Positions 28,223 to 44,557 are shown, counted from the first letter of the stretch. The stretch: DNA of 64,000 bases from Eledone cirrhosa (GCA_964016885.1 OZ024741.1:102734001-102798000); one strand, 5' to 3'. The notes: generated by a model from the letters alone, not told the origin. Numbers and translations: made by a program.

Positions 28223-28223
<1 letters not shown>
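22775..28223 (+). mobile_element. Near full-length decayed Tx1/L1-clade LINE (ORF1 ~23040-24780, ORF2 ~24826-28030), flanked by (TATC)n
   Basis: Asn/Thr-rich ORF1 with QYGSISVRF and decayed knuckle; ORF2 CLNVRGL, IAVSE, VYAP, SDH, GYWKLN, NFRTITLL, LDKSKAFD, RHGCPLS, YVDN; many stops and frameshifts. Confidence 0.88.
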
Positions 28224-28284
<61 letters not shown>

Positions 28285-29775
28285 TCCGATGGCGTCGTCG
28301 GACGCTGGACGGAGGGCCCGGTGAAGTTGCTCGGGGTCTGGTTCGGACCGGACCTCCAGGTGGAGAAAAACTGGGCGGAGGTTACGAACAGGGTGTTTGC
28401 ACTGACCCAGAAGTGGGCCAGTTGCAAACTATCCCTGAAAGGTCGGGCGGAGGTGGCGAACACCTACATAGCGTCCGTCATCTACTACCGCCTGACCGTA
28501 GTGCCCTGCCCAAGGGAAACCCTCACCAAGATGGAGCGCGTGCTCTTCCAATTCCTTTGGAAGAGGCGGGCTCCTATGGTGAGGAGATCCATCTGCTGTC
28601 AACACCCTTCGAAAGGAGGGCTGGGGATGCCGTGGCTAATGATGCGTAAACACGCATTAAGGCTACGGCACCTCTACGTATTCCTCACCGGACAACCGGT
28701 GTGGGCCTCGTTTGTGAGACGAACCTTTCCCAGACTCGTCTCACTCACCGAGCTGCAATCCTGGGTCAAGCAAAGACCGAGAAAACTGGGCGCCTGGCAC
28801 ACTGAGTGTGCCCAGGCGCTCACCGCCCTCTGGCAGGCGGATCCGGTTATCAGTGGAGACTCCACCGCAACATTCTATAGAGGGCTGGTACGCAGCAGGT
28901 GCGACGACGCCCTCGGAGAAGCCCTAGACATGGAGGAGGACGAACTGGCCAGCCTGTTCGGTAGGACATTCAGCCCGGGACCTATGGACAACTTCCAGAA
29001 GTCCCTGGCCTGGCAGTGCTACCGAGGGGCTTTACCCGTTCGAGAAAGGCTCTACAGACACGGGCGCCCGGGTAGGGACCCCGCCAAAAAGATCTGTCCC
29101 AGATGCGTGTGCGACGAGGAAACCGTTGCACACGCATTGGTACACTGCTCGGGCGCAGCCGATCTGTGGGGCTATGTCGAACAATTGCTGTCAAGGGTGG
29201 GACCGATCCGGTTGACCACCGAGTCTATTGTAATGATCAAGCCCCCCCCCCCCCTTCAAAGATGAAGCAGAGGCGGTGTTTCTGTGCGTAATAGCCATGG
29301 CGAAAGAGGTTGTATGGTGGACGCGTCTGAAAGGACTGAGGTCAGGCACCTTTCTCTCTGGCCAACAACTGGTCCGTTTCTTCCGATATCATTTCGGAAG
29401 AAGGATCAGGATGGAGAGAGGTGCTGCACCCCAGCCGTTTCTATGAAAGATGGGTGAAAGTGGCGAGAATGGCCCGTGTGAATGGGCCTTCACTCTACAT
29501 CAGACTATAGGTGAGGAAGATGAAAGACCAAGGGAGCACCCCTTCTCTGTGCTCTTGAGGAGAAGGGTTGCACACTTTTTTCGGGGGTGTGTGCGACCCC
29601 CCAAGGCGCCTCCTCTCTATTGAGGATTTTGTTAAAAATTTTATTTTTTGTTATATCTTATTTTATTTTTATATTTTGTTATTGCCTCCTCCTTATTGAG
29701 GACGCCTTTTTGTGTAAACTCCCCCCTTTGTACTTGTCCCACTTTTGATGCCCTAGTGGCAAATAAAAGAAACAT
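28285..29775 (+). mobile_element. 5'-truncated Tx1/L1-clade LINE (less decayed copy) within (TATC)n
   Basis: 314-aa open frame 28321-29265 with KLLGVWFG, GGLGMP and CPRC..ETVAHALVHC; AATAAA then (TATC)n. Confidence 0.88.
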
Positions 29776-30807
29776 ATCTATCTATCTATCTTATGTATCT
29801 ATTTCCGTTTTTATCTAAAGACACCCATACATTTTCCACCCAATTCTTTGTTTGATGTATTTAACCAACATAGCGATTCTTTAATCTGTTGGGCAAACTG
29901 ACATTGCAAGTGTAATGTCAGTTTGCCAACTTAAATGCGCGAAATTGCACAGAGCAAGTAACTGACGAGGTAGCAGTGCAATTGTATTTTTGTCTTATAT
30001 AGCTGTTTTTCTGTGTACATTTTCTGCTTGTACTGTATATGTATATATGTGTATGTGTGCCTGTGTGTGTCTTTGTGTGTTTGTCTGTGTCTGTGCGTGT
30101 GTGTGTGCGTGTGTGTCTGTGTGTGTGTGCTTGTGTGTCAGAAAAGGGAGAGAGGGGGTGAGGTAGATGGTGAAACAAGGAGAAGAACAGATAACTTTAG
30201 AAATATGTGGGTGTATAGACGATTTTTCCAGTAGAAATGTATTTGAAAATAAATGAATAATCGCCTTCCTACTGGAGATGCATCTCAAATTGATTCTGTA
30301 TGCTATCAATAAATTGTATGAAGGAATCATGTCGACTATCAAGAGGAATTGTCAAATCTTCAGCAGTAACAAGAATTTTAAGTATGATAACAAGAAGGAT
30401 TTTATATTGGTGACTATTCTACTTTGGTACTTAGTATTTCCGCATCGCTGGCATCATACCACTTCTCTGCGATCATAAGAAGGCCACTTCTTACATTTGT
30501 CTTCATTATGCCAAATATACAAACATATCACTACGCTGAGTGTCTGTCTATCTATTTATCTTTCTGTATACCTAAGTATCTGTGTGTCTATCTATCTGTA
30601 TGTCTATCTATCTGTCTCTCTATGCGTGTATATATCTATTTATCAGCTTATCTATTTGTCTCTCAACCAAAATGATCGAAGGAGTTTCATAGACCTGGAA
30701 ACACGTGGATCAATAAATCAGAATAAGTTTCTGTATAGTCAAACACTAACACACACACACACACACACACACAAACATACACACACAAACATACACACAC
30801 ATACTTA

Positions 30808-30955
<148 letters not shown>

Positions 30956-31199
30956 ACATAAGGACACAGTGCGATAGTAAAACCAATTTCCAACAAAATT
31001 AACTACTTCCGCATCAGTTTAAATATTTCTTTAGTTTGAGTAGATTTGCTTGATACACTAAAACACACACACACCGACATATATATATGGGGGGTGGTTC
31101 ATCTCTATATGTGTGTATTTGTTTGTATATGTGCATGTGAGCGTGTACATATATATATATATTTCTTTTTTTTATTTAATTAAGGAAATCTGGTTGATT

Positions 31200-33265
31200 G
31201 AAAATCAGCCGACCTCTCATCCGGAATTTTATTGTAGATGGTCACTAAGCTAGGGATCGAAAACCGCACTGAACCTTACATACCTAGAACACTGAGGATT
31301 AATGTGAAAGATCATAGAAGTAATTTTGAATCATATCTACCATTTATACTTATATCACCATCTAAATCCGACTTAGGGATTATAAGTAAGGGCATACTAA
31401 ACAGGATTATACCACCTTTATAGCTGAGGACCCAAGTAAAACTATGGAATGGAACCAACGAGGTTATTGAATGGTTCACTGAACTAGGAAACAAAGATAG
31501 GACTAAATTCATACAAATGGACATAACTGGCTGCTATTCATCAATTTCACCAATACTACTCAATAAGGCCCCATATATACGCAATGAAGTATACGGATCT
31601 TACTAGTGAGGAAGTTAACATTATTCTAACGGCCAGAACAATGATAATAAAATTCAACGGGCAATTATAGACTGGAACGGACAGACCCGAAAACTTCGAC
31701 ATCACTATGGGATCTACAGACTCAGCTCAGGTTACAGACCTGTGGGAGTTTACATCTTACATCTAATTAAAAGAAGGATGCGGGAACTGGGCGGCGGTTT
31801 GTACCGCGATGACGCTCTTTTCACTTTAATTAACTTTAACAGCAGTGCCTTAAATAGGAAAAGGAAAATAATAATAGACTTTTTAAACATTTACGGTCTT
31901 AAGATAGAAATAGGAAATAACAGTAGAATAGCCAACTTCCTCGACATATCGTTAAACCTTAATTCTGGCTTATACTACCCATACCTTAAATTAAATGAAA
32001 ACCTCAATTATGTTTGCAACTTCTCAAACCACCCTCGAAACGTTAATAAGGCCATAGTCAAAAGTGTAGAACAGAGAATCTCTAGACTCTCAGTTAACAG
32101 GGAAATCTTTGATGGCAAGGCTAGATACTAATGTAATGCATTAGCTAGAGCAGGTTACGAGGACAAAATTGAGTGTATGCATATAGATAGAAACAATTAC
32201 ACACCCACTCATAGACCCAAACAAACCATATACATAAATACTAACATACACACAATCAATGTTAATGGAAATAATAGGGGTACTCGAACCCCAAACAATA
32301 GAGACGGGTAAACCTGGCTCCAAATAGATATAACTCATATACCACCATAAAGTTTGATAAGAGGGTTAGATCCCATTCAGTTCTGTAGAACAATCCACCC
32401 CACTCCTTAGGACTACAAAAAACATAGATAGGCTTATTTTAACGCATTAGATAAATGTTTTCCTAAATCACATAACTACAGTCACATCTTCAATCGACAC
32501 ACAAGTAAAATTTCTTATTTGACAACCAAAAGCATAGCCCAGAATATAGCGAAGATTAACAATAGAAATCTGGGAATTAAACATATAAAGAGATAACTCA
32601 TAATAGCAAGCATAGAAACACTGATAGATTAAACAGCAACTCGAATAACAGGGATAACACCATTAACACACATGATATAAACCAACGGACACACAGACAC
32701 AGAGAGGGAACAATGAATGGTAACGTAAATAATTGCGATTGCAGAAATCATAATAGTTGCCCAATGAAAAATAACTGTTTAGATTAAAATAATTGTTTCT
32801 ACTTTTGGGACAAGGTCAGCAAATACCCAATGCATTACTGGTACTTTATTTTATCGACCCCGTAAGGATGAAAGGCAAAGATAACCTCGGTGGGATTTGA
32901 TAATGTTTATGAATATGAAGTAAAAACGAGTAGTAAGACTTATAGGTATATTGGTGCAAATATAAGGAAAGGTGGTACTATTATCGCCACTCATTTAAAA
33001 GAGCTGATAAAAGATCTAGCACAGCCCTGTCGGAACTGATTTGGTTGCTAAAAAATATATAAGTGGAATACTCCATTTCTTGGTCAAAATTCTCACATGC
33101 TTTTTCCTATATAAATGGGTCTATATCTAGGGGGTGTAACCTCTGTACTACAGAAACTTTATACATCATAAATAGTTGGTATAAAAATATAAATAAACGG
33201 TCTGAAATGTTTAATTATGGTTTACACAAAATTAATAAGACATTTCGTAGCGTATACAGTTAAAA
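31200..33265 (+). pseudogene. Decayed Penelope-like element, Naiad-like (RT plus GIY-YIG)
   Basis: VKDHRSNF..SPSKSDLG.ISK, FDITMGS.DSA, GLYRDD, NFLDISLNL, SNHP; NCDCR..CPMKNNCL, YIG, CNLCTTE; stops and frameshifts. Confidence 0.82.
32792..32900 (-). mobile_element. 5'-truncated tRNA-derived SINE inserted in the Penelope GIY-YIG region
   Basis: Reverse complement of the 3' half of the SINE at 39709-39900 (tttgcctttcatccttacggggtcgataaaataaagtaccag); short ATAAT repeat at both edges. Confidence 0.85.
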
Positions 33266-33570
33266 CATCAGTAAATAATATTAAATAGATCACCAAATAA
33301 TTAATTAAACATTCATAAATATATAGATACATTATAACAACAGCATCAAAGTACGAATATCTAAAATTAGAATTAGTATCTAAGTGAATAAAATCTAGTG
33401 TAAAAAAAGAAAATAGAAAGAAACTAGCAGTTCATACGTGCCTTACTATGAATCAAGCGACGAATCTGGTAACTTGATACCCTAGTCAGTTTACAAGCAG
33501 CAAAGCCGATTGGAATAACTATCTCACGCACATATAAGAACTGTTATATATATACACACATACGCGCACA

Positions 33571-35677
<2,107 letters not shown>

Positions 35678-35750
35678 AATGTGGCCGTATATATATATGC
35701 ATGTATGTATAAGGAAAATGATAATAAAAAAGCGCTCGAAAAGGGGATCT

Positions 35751-35802
<52 letters not shown>

Positions 35803-35807
<5 letters not shown>

Positions 35808-36460
35808 GCTCTCCTGTCGCTCAATAGACTGCTCTAACATAGCGGATTTGGCTGCTATTGCTAGTATGTGGAAAGACCACGTAGAGGCTCCCTTGGGGGG
35901 GGGGGGGTGAGATTTGACAAGGAGTGGATATATATATACAAAGCATCATTATAACATGTATAAAAATTTGCTTACGAAAAATATTTGGAAGGCCTTTCAC
36001 TATGAATTTTAATGTTGCAATAGTCACATACCTGTTGTTTCTGCCCTTTGTCAAGATTGTGTATCTGTCTCTTGAGAATAGAACTCTTGAGAATATATAG
36101 TATTCTCTAAAGTATACATCGTCTGATAAGCCTGATTTGCATAACGAGCTACTTTACGATTGGTTTTGCCGAAAATTAAAATACAACAACAACAAAAATT
36201 ATAATTTCGTTTTTCGCTCTAACATAGCGGATCCGTAAATGCATTCGTAAGTTTTATATTAAATAATAATAATATTCGATTCGTTTGCAAGCAAACCGCC
36301 TCAATATACTATGTTTTATAGATGAGCATCACCATCCATTTATTCTAGCGCTGACAGAGAGAAACGAATCGAATATTATTAATATTTGATATGGAACTCA
36401 CGAATGCATCTACGCATCCGCTATGTTAGAGCAGTCTATTGAGCGACAGGAGAGCCTTTA
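35803..36460. repeat. Segment bounded by a perfect 45-bp inverted repeat, with further internal inverted and direct copies extending to ~36620
   Basis: taaaggctctcctgtcgctcaatagactgctctaacatagcggat at 35803-35847 and its exact reverse complement at 36416-36460. Confidence 0.9.
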
Positions 36461-36634
36461 CAAACGGCAATAACCCCGAAACAAGAGTATTGTTTCTCTC
36501 TGTCACCGATAGTACAAAAGGATGGCAATGGTCAACTTTAAAATATACCGTATTGAGGCTGTTTGCTTGCAAGCGAATCGTATATTATTATTATTCGATA
36601 TAAAATTCACGAATGCACGCACACACACGCACAC

Positions 36635-36682
<48 letters not shown>

Positions 36683-36737
36683 ACATACGCACACACACAC
36701 ACACACATATATATAATATATATATATACATACACAC

Positions 36738-36807
<70 letters not shown>

Positions 36808-36912
36808 GAGCGTGCACAATTGTGTATAAATATGTATGTATAAATATGAATAAATGGTTTTGGTTAAGAAACATTGGGAAATTTGAATTTCTAGTATATA
36901 TATGTGTGCATG

Positions 36913-36987
<75 letters not shown>

Positions 36988-37188
36988 ATAAATTAACGGA
37001 GGCATAGGCCGTCGTTATTCCCTGTAAAAAATGTGCTCAAAGGGGAAGAGATCCTGAGCCCTTTAAAATATAATATGTTGAGAAGGTAACACACCAGAGA
37101 GAGATATATAGTGCGTTATCAATAATACAGGGAAAAAAACCATCAGTGTATGGAATCTATAACCTATGAAAGGCAGACTATAGACACG

Positions 37189-37372
37189 ATAATTAAAAAT
37201 ATAAATTAAAGCGTAAATAAATACCTCTATAACTATATAACACACGTACAAATCCAAAGATATGTTTCACCAGAAAATTTATTGAAAGAAATGAAACATA
37301 TCTTTGGATTTGTACGTGTGTTATATAGTTATAGAGGTATTTATTTACGCTTTAATTTATATTTTTAATTAT
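37189..37372. repeat. Perfect fold-back, 81-bp arms and 22-bp spacer, abutting (TA)n
   Basis: 37189-37269 is the reverse complement of 37292-37372. Confidence 0.93.
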
Positions 37373-37398
37373 ATATATATATATTTAATTATATATAT

Positions 37399-37460
<62 letters not shown>

Positions 37461-37461
37461 C

Positions 37462-37612
<151 letters not shown>

Positions 37613-37711
37613 TTTTGAGTTTATGTTGGTTGTATACCAACACCTCAGTATGTAGGCTGGAGCACTCGACGAAGTGCGCAGGTTGGTTTGGTTACTCAAG
37701 AGTAGTGTAAA

Positions 37712-38144
37712 ATAAAGTTAAATAAAAGTCAAATGATTAAAATTTAGCTTCGTTTATTACTGCTATATATATTTCAGTGACAGCCATTTTTGGCTGTGAC
37801 CTCTTCAGGCAGTTTGAACTAGTATGGTATAGACAAGTACATATGTTGTTTCGGTGTATAATATTGTCAATACTCTGATATGCTATTTCAATATATGATA
37901 TGTTATTTCAATGTGGAACTGGAGTCATATGACTCCAGTTCCTCAGTGAATTAACAACCCAACAAGGAACTGGGCATATCAGAGTATTGACAATATTATA
38001 CACCTAAACAACATATGTACTTGTCTAAACCATACTAATTCAAACTGCCTGAAGAGGTCACAGCCAAAAATGGCTGTCACTGAAATATATATAGCAGTAA
38101 TAAACGAAGCTAAATTTTAATCATTTGGCTTTTATTTAACTTTA

Positions 38145-38145
<1 letters not shown>
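37712..38145. repeat. Fold-back with 172-bp arms, each carrying a hammerhead, plus a 28-bp perfect palindrome in the spacer
   Basis: 37712-37883 vs 37974-38145 with about 4 mismatches; ggaactggagtcatatgactccagttcc at 37915-37942. Confidence 0.93.
38044..38098 (+). ncRNA. Type I hammerhead ribozyme with short palindromic stem III (mirror copy on - strand at 37759-37813)
   Basis: ACTGC-CTGAAGA-ggtcacagcca aaaa tggctgtcact-GAAA-tatata-TA-GCAGT, followed by AATAAA. Confidence 0.8.
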
Positions 38146-38190
<45 letters not shown>

Positions 38191-38245
38191 TATATATATG
38201 GATGTGTATATATGTATGAGTGTATGTGTGTGTATGTATGTGTGA

Positions 38246-38287
<42 letters not shown>

Positions 38288-38787
38288 ACACTCACATATA
38301 TATAATGAACTTTGTTAGAGAGAGAGAGTGGTGGAAAGGACTACACCGTCTTACCCGGGTAGTGTGTGTATTAGTGAGAATACATATACATGTTGTGATT
38401 CAATTTTGCTATCATAGAATACTTTTAGAACCACTGTATTTGAGACTACTTCTAATCCCTCTTCGAAGTATTTCCGAAGTACCTAATTATATTTCGGAAA
38501 GCTTCTTGGAGCTTTTGATGTTCTAATTGCTGAAATGTCTTTTTCTTTAATGATATGGTGATTCTGGAAACTAGTATGGTAAGACTAACAAAAGTTATTT
38601 CTTTACACACACATACACACGCACGCACGTATATATGTATATATATATATATATAACGTAACGATATATTATCACTACATTATTGATAACCTGAAATTTT
38701 ATATATATATATATATATATACATGTGTGTGTGTTTGTGTGTGTTTGTGTGTGTATGTGCGGGTGTGCGTTTGTAGATGTATATGTA

Positions 38788-39064
38788 TAGTTTATATAAA
38801 ACCTTTGTACGCTTAACATGTATGCGCGACCTTAGATTTCCGAGTCCAGCTATGGCGACCAATATATAGTGGATGAATTATTCAAAAGCTGGCCTCACTC
38901 GTCATGAGCAAGGACAAACATTTAAGTTTTAAATATTTGTCTTTGCCCTTCAGGAACTAAGCCAGTTTAGAAAGGCTCATCCAGAATTATTTGTGGCCAT
39001 AAGTGGACTCCGAAAACTAAGCTCACGCATACATATTAAGTGTAGGAAATTTTAATATAAACTA
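38788..39064. repeat. Aged ~277-bp palindrome (MITE or fold-back-like)
   Basis: Nested complementary blocks tagtttatat/atataaacta, atgtatgcg/cgcatacat, gagtcca/tggactc, tggatga/tcatcca, gcaaggacaaa/tttgtctttgc. Confidence 0.8.
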
Positions 39065-39158
39065 AATAACCTCTCTTTTACTAGATTGTGCATTGTTTTC
39101 CTTGGCTTTTATCTACGAATATCCTGCACAGACACACACACGCACACACACACGCACG

Positions 39159-40010
<852 letters not shown>

Positions 40011-40347
40011 TGCATACATGCCGATACTCACACACACACACACACACACATACACACACACACACATACACACATAAATATATGTGGAGGGGGGAGGGTA
40101 TTCTTTTGGAGGGTCATGCTGCTAATAATAATGCCTTCACCTTTTAGTATTAGTCAAGTAACTGATCTCATTATCGATCTGTTTAGTATCCGCTTACTAA
40201 TCTAACCGATGAATGGATGAGTTTTCAGATTGACAATAACCTCAATAAACTCAACTTGATGAGTGTATTTTAATGGGAGTATTACCCTCCCAAAATATAT
40301 CAAGATATGTTTCAACACACAATATCACATCACGAATCTTGCACGCA

Positions 40348-40567
<220 letters not shown>

Positions 40568-40644
40568 TACCCACTCTACTACCCCAAGTATTGAGTACTT
40601 TGGTGCGTTATGGTCCACCTGGTTCCTTACCACATTTCCTTCGT

Positions 40645-40675
<31 letters not shown>

Positions 40676-41226
40676 AGTGTAATTTTCTACACAAAACGAA
40701 GGTTATAGAGAAAATTGAGGTTGGTAATGGCACATGGAATATATAAGAGACAGAATACTTTTTTGTGAAAAAACATATAATTTTATAAGGTAAGGAAAGG
40801 TAAATAAAGGGTATAAAAAATGACCGGTTTCGATGGGTCTGCAAAAGCCATCTTTTCAAATGTTGATTAATATTAAGAAAAATTAATAATAAGAAGAGTT
40901 AAAATTTGAGATTTGAAAATTCAAGTATAAAATTCATTGTGGGATTTCATAGTAGTTTTCATCTTGGTAGCAGCAAGTTGACTGCTGTGTGACTTTCTGG
41001 TAGTGAATGAGGAGTTATTTGGGGGTGTGGGTTATTTTATAAAGGTCAGATTTAGCAATGGCCAGATGGCCAGCTGCTGGTCAGTGTGGGGGTGGAAGCA
41101 ATATACATACATATATCTCCCTGTGGTCGGTAGGAGAGGGGAGAGTGATAGAAAGGGATTTAGTGCACTTACACCTATATATACACACATACCTTCATCC
41201 ACACATACATACATATACATATACAT

Positions 41227-41285
<59 letters not shown>

Positions 41286-41470
41286 CACACATACATACAC
41301 ACATACATATACATACACACAACACACACACATATATACACATACACACACATATATATATACACACATATATATACATACACATACATCCAGATACACA
41401 CATACATACACACACACACACACACACACGCACACACAATACATACATCCACATGCACACACATGTAAAA

Positions 41471-41995
41471 ATGAAGTCTATTCTTGAAACACACAAGATC
41501 CTTAAAAGTAAAAGACAACCCAAATCACTAAAACGCATTCTCACTGGACCAAATATACCCAAACCAATCCTCAACCCTACAGTTACCAAATGTGGTAGAA
41601 CAAACTGTGGAACGTGCCTCTACCTCACTGAAGGACAAAAATTTACATTTAAAGATGGCCAAACATTTACAGTAAAAAACAATTTCCCCTGCAACTCGGA
41701 GAACTTGATTTACGCAATAACTTGCGGTGGGTGCAAACACAACTACATAGGACAGACGGGCACCTCATTACGCAAAAGAATGACCATCCACCGCCAACAA
41801 ATCCGGGACGCTAACACAAGAAAAATCCCCTTGAGCAGCCATATTGCGAACTGCGCAGGAATGACACTACCCAACTTTAAAATCTTCCCCTTCTACAAGT
41901 GCTCAGATTCGTTCACACAGCAACAAAGAATAAACAAAGAAAATCCATTCCTTAACAAATTTAAACCAAAACTAAACGGGTTATCACCCCAATAG
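41471..41995 (+). CDS. Uninterrupted 174-aa Penelope-type GIY-YIG endonuclease ORF with Cys-rich N-terminal motif
   Basis: MKSILETHKILKSKRQPKSLKRILT..CGRTNCGTC..FPCNSENLIYAITCGGCKHNYIGQT..LRKRMTIHRQQI..SSHIANC..RINKE..FKPKLN. Confidence 0.8.
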   Translation: MKSILETHKILKSKRQPKSLKRILTGPNIPKPILNPTVTKCGRTNCGTCLYLTEGQKFTFKDGQTFTVKNNFPCNSENLIYAITCGGCKHNYIGQTGTSLRKRMTIHRQQIRDANTRKIPLSSHIANCAGMTLPNFKIFPFYKCSDSFTQQQRINKENPFLNKFKPKLNGLSPQ

Positions 41996-42622
41996 AATTG
42001 TCATAAAATATAAACTCACATACGCACGGAGTGACAGATATATGTGTTTGTATGTGTGCATGTATATAATTATCACTACTATTAAAGACCAGAGACCAAT
42101 TCTGTAGAATCAGGTTTATTCGTTGACAGACCATGCCTTTGTGTGACCAACACATCCATGTTAAACCCTGCACGTGCACACACATATATCTATATATATA
42201 TATATGCGCACACAGAATTCACCACTGTCGGTTGCGGGGCCCAATCTACATGAAGAACTCAATGTGATCAGATTGACTTGTATTTTAATTTCACTGTCCT
42301 AACTTCTTATATTATGGAAAAAATATATGTGTATGTATGTATATATATATATTTGGAGGCCATTTCTCTATGTGTGTGGGTGTGTGTATGTATATGTGAG
42401 TGTGTGTGTGTGTATGTGTGTGCATGTGGATGTATGTATTGTGTGTGCGTGTGTGTGTGTGTGTGTGTGTATATATGTGTGTGTATGTGTATATATATGT
42501 GTGTGTGTGTGTGTGTTTGTATGAGTGTATGTATATATATGTGTGTGTGTGTATGTATGTGTGGGTGTGTGTGTATATATATATATGTGTATGTATATGT
42601 GTGTATATATGTGTATGTACAC

Positions 42623-42656
<34 letters not shown>

Positions 42657-42788
42657 ATGTATGTGTGTATCTGGATGTATGTGTATGTATATATATTTGT
42701 GTGTATATATATGTGTGTGTATGTGTATATATGTGTGTGTGTATGTGTGTATGTATATGTATGTGTGTATGTATGTGTGTATATGTAT

Positions 42789-42879
<91 letters not shown>

Positions 42880-43241
42880 ATGTATATGTATATGTATGTA
42901 TGTGTGGATGAAGGTATGTGTGTATACATAGGTGTAAGTGCACTAAATCCCTTTCTATCACTCTCCCCTCTCCTACCGACCACAGGGAGATATATGTATG
43001 TATATTGCTTCCACCCCCACACTGACCAGCAGCTGGCCATCTGGCCATTGCTAAATCTGACCTTTATAAAATAACCCACACCCCCAAATAACTCCTCATT
43101 CACTACCAGAAAGTCACACAGCAGTCAACTTGCTGCTACCAAGATGAAAACTACTATGAAATCCCACAATGAATTTTATACTTGAATTTTCAAATCTCAA
43201 ATTTTAACTCTTCTTATTATTAATTTTTCTTAATATTAATC

Positions 43242-43289
43242 AACATTTGAAAAGATGGCTTTTGCAGACCCATCGAAACCGGTCATTTT
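43242..43289 (+). ncRNA. Minimal hammerhead ribozyme, U3-A8 core variant (mirror copy on - strand at ~40817-40864)
   Basis: TTGAAAA-gatgg..ccatc-GAAA-ccgg-TC; palindromic stem III; stem I short and weak. Confidence 0.6.
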
Positions 43290-43394
43290 TTATACCCTTT
43301 ATTTACCTTTCCTTACCTTATAAAATTATATGTTTTTTCACAAAAAAGTATTCTGTCTCTTATATATTCCATGTGCCATTACCAACCTCAATTT

Positions 43395-43459
<65 letters not shown>

Positions 43460-43492
43460 TATGGTTAGCGGTCAAATGAAGTGTAGGGGACG

Positions 43493-43563
<71 letters not shown>

Positions 43564-44479
43564 CTGTATATAAACAAAACGAAAAAAATATATATATATG
43601 TTTTTCGTTTATATATATAATTGTTTTTTTGTTTTTCGTTTTCCGTTCCTTCTCTTGATCTTTGTTCATTTTCTTAAGTTTACTTACTAATGTGACATAC
43701 GTGTTTATCTCTTCCCCACCCCATTTATTGTAATGGCTTAAATTTTTAACTCGGTATCTTACTTTGTTCTTGATTTCTTCTTTCTTTCCTATTTTCTTTT
43801 TTTTTTTTGCTTTGCTTCATTTATGTTTCACGTGCTATGTGAGGCACCAGATTTTCCCTAACGTCACAGATATTACTGTTTGTCTTTAGTATCTTACACT
43901 TTGGGACAGTGTTTGGCTTATGTCAGACGCTGAGGCCCCGGATGGACCAGCAGTGCCTTTGGTAGATGTCGAAACTGCCCAAATCCATGACAACGGTCTA
44001 TGAACATGGAGTTCTGTGTTCTTCGTTTATCTATTTATTTTAAAAAAATATTTTAAGGTTTTCCCTTAAAAAATTGTTTTTCGTTTTGTTTTGTATCCGT
44101 TCGTTGGCTTCTACTTTCTTTGTTAATTTTCTTAATTTTCTTAAATATATATATATATATAAATTCAGCGAGAATCGCATTATGGCGGGTAGAAAAAGCG
44201 AGACGAAACGCAAAATCAGAGTTATGCTGGCAAGCGGTCAATAGTTAAAAAACCAGGACTAAGCAATATGTTAAAACGCCATACAAACTGAAAAAGTTGT
44301 CAAGAAGGCATTAACCACCTAAATCAAAAAACAAATCAAGCTAAACAAATAAAATAATGATAAATACAAATAAAATAATGATAAATATATATATATATAT
44401 ATGTGGGGGTGTCTCGCCAACCATGAAGCTAATAACACAATGTACTATTGACTCCTACGTTTTCTTGTTTGTCATTTTG

Positions 44480-44557
<78 letters not shown>

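Larger units (their letters stand above)
40671..43399 (+). mobile_element. RT-less Penelope-like element: inverted pLTR, GIY-YIG ORF, UTR and pLTR
   Basis: 40707-41464 is an inverted copy of 42414-43399 (near-identical outside microsatellites); GIY-YIG ORF lies between; (TA)n flanks. Confidence 0.88.

Noticed and set aside
32730-33150. Possible selenocysteine (UGA) codons in the Naiad-like GIY-YIG
   Set aside because: The conserved Cys positions I could read are TGC or TGT, and no SECIS was recognisable.
41003-41470. N-terminal 156 aa of the 330-aa ORF, apparently fused to GIY-YIG
   Set aside because: It is the antisense of the pLTR plus (CA/TA)n, open by chance; the same text appears in the 42312-43103 minus ORF.
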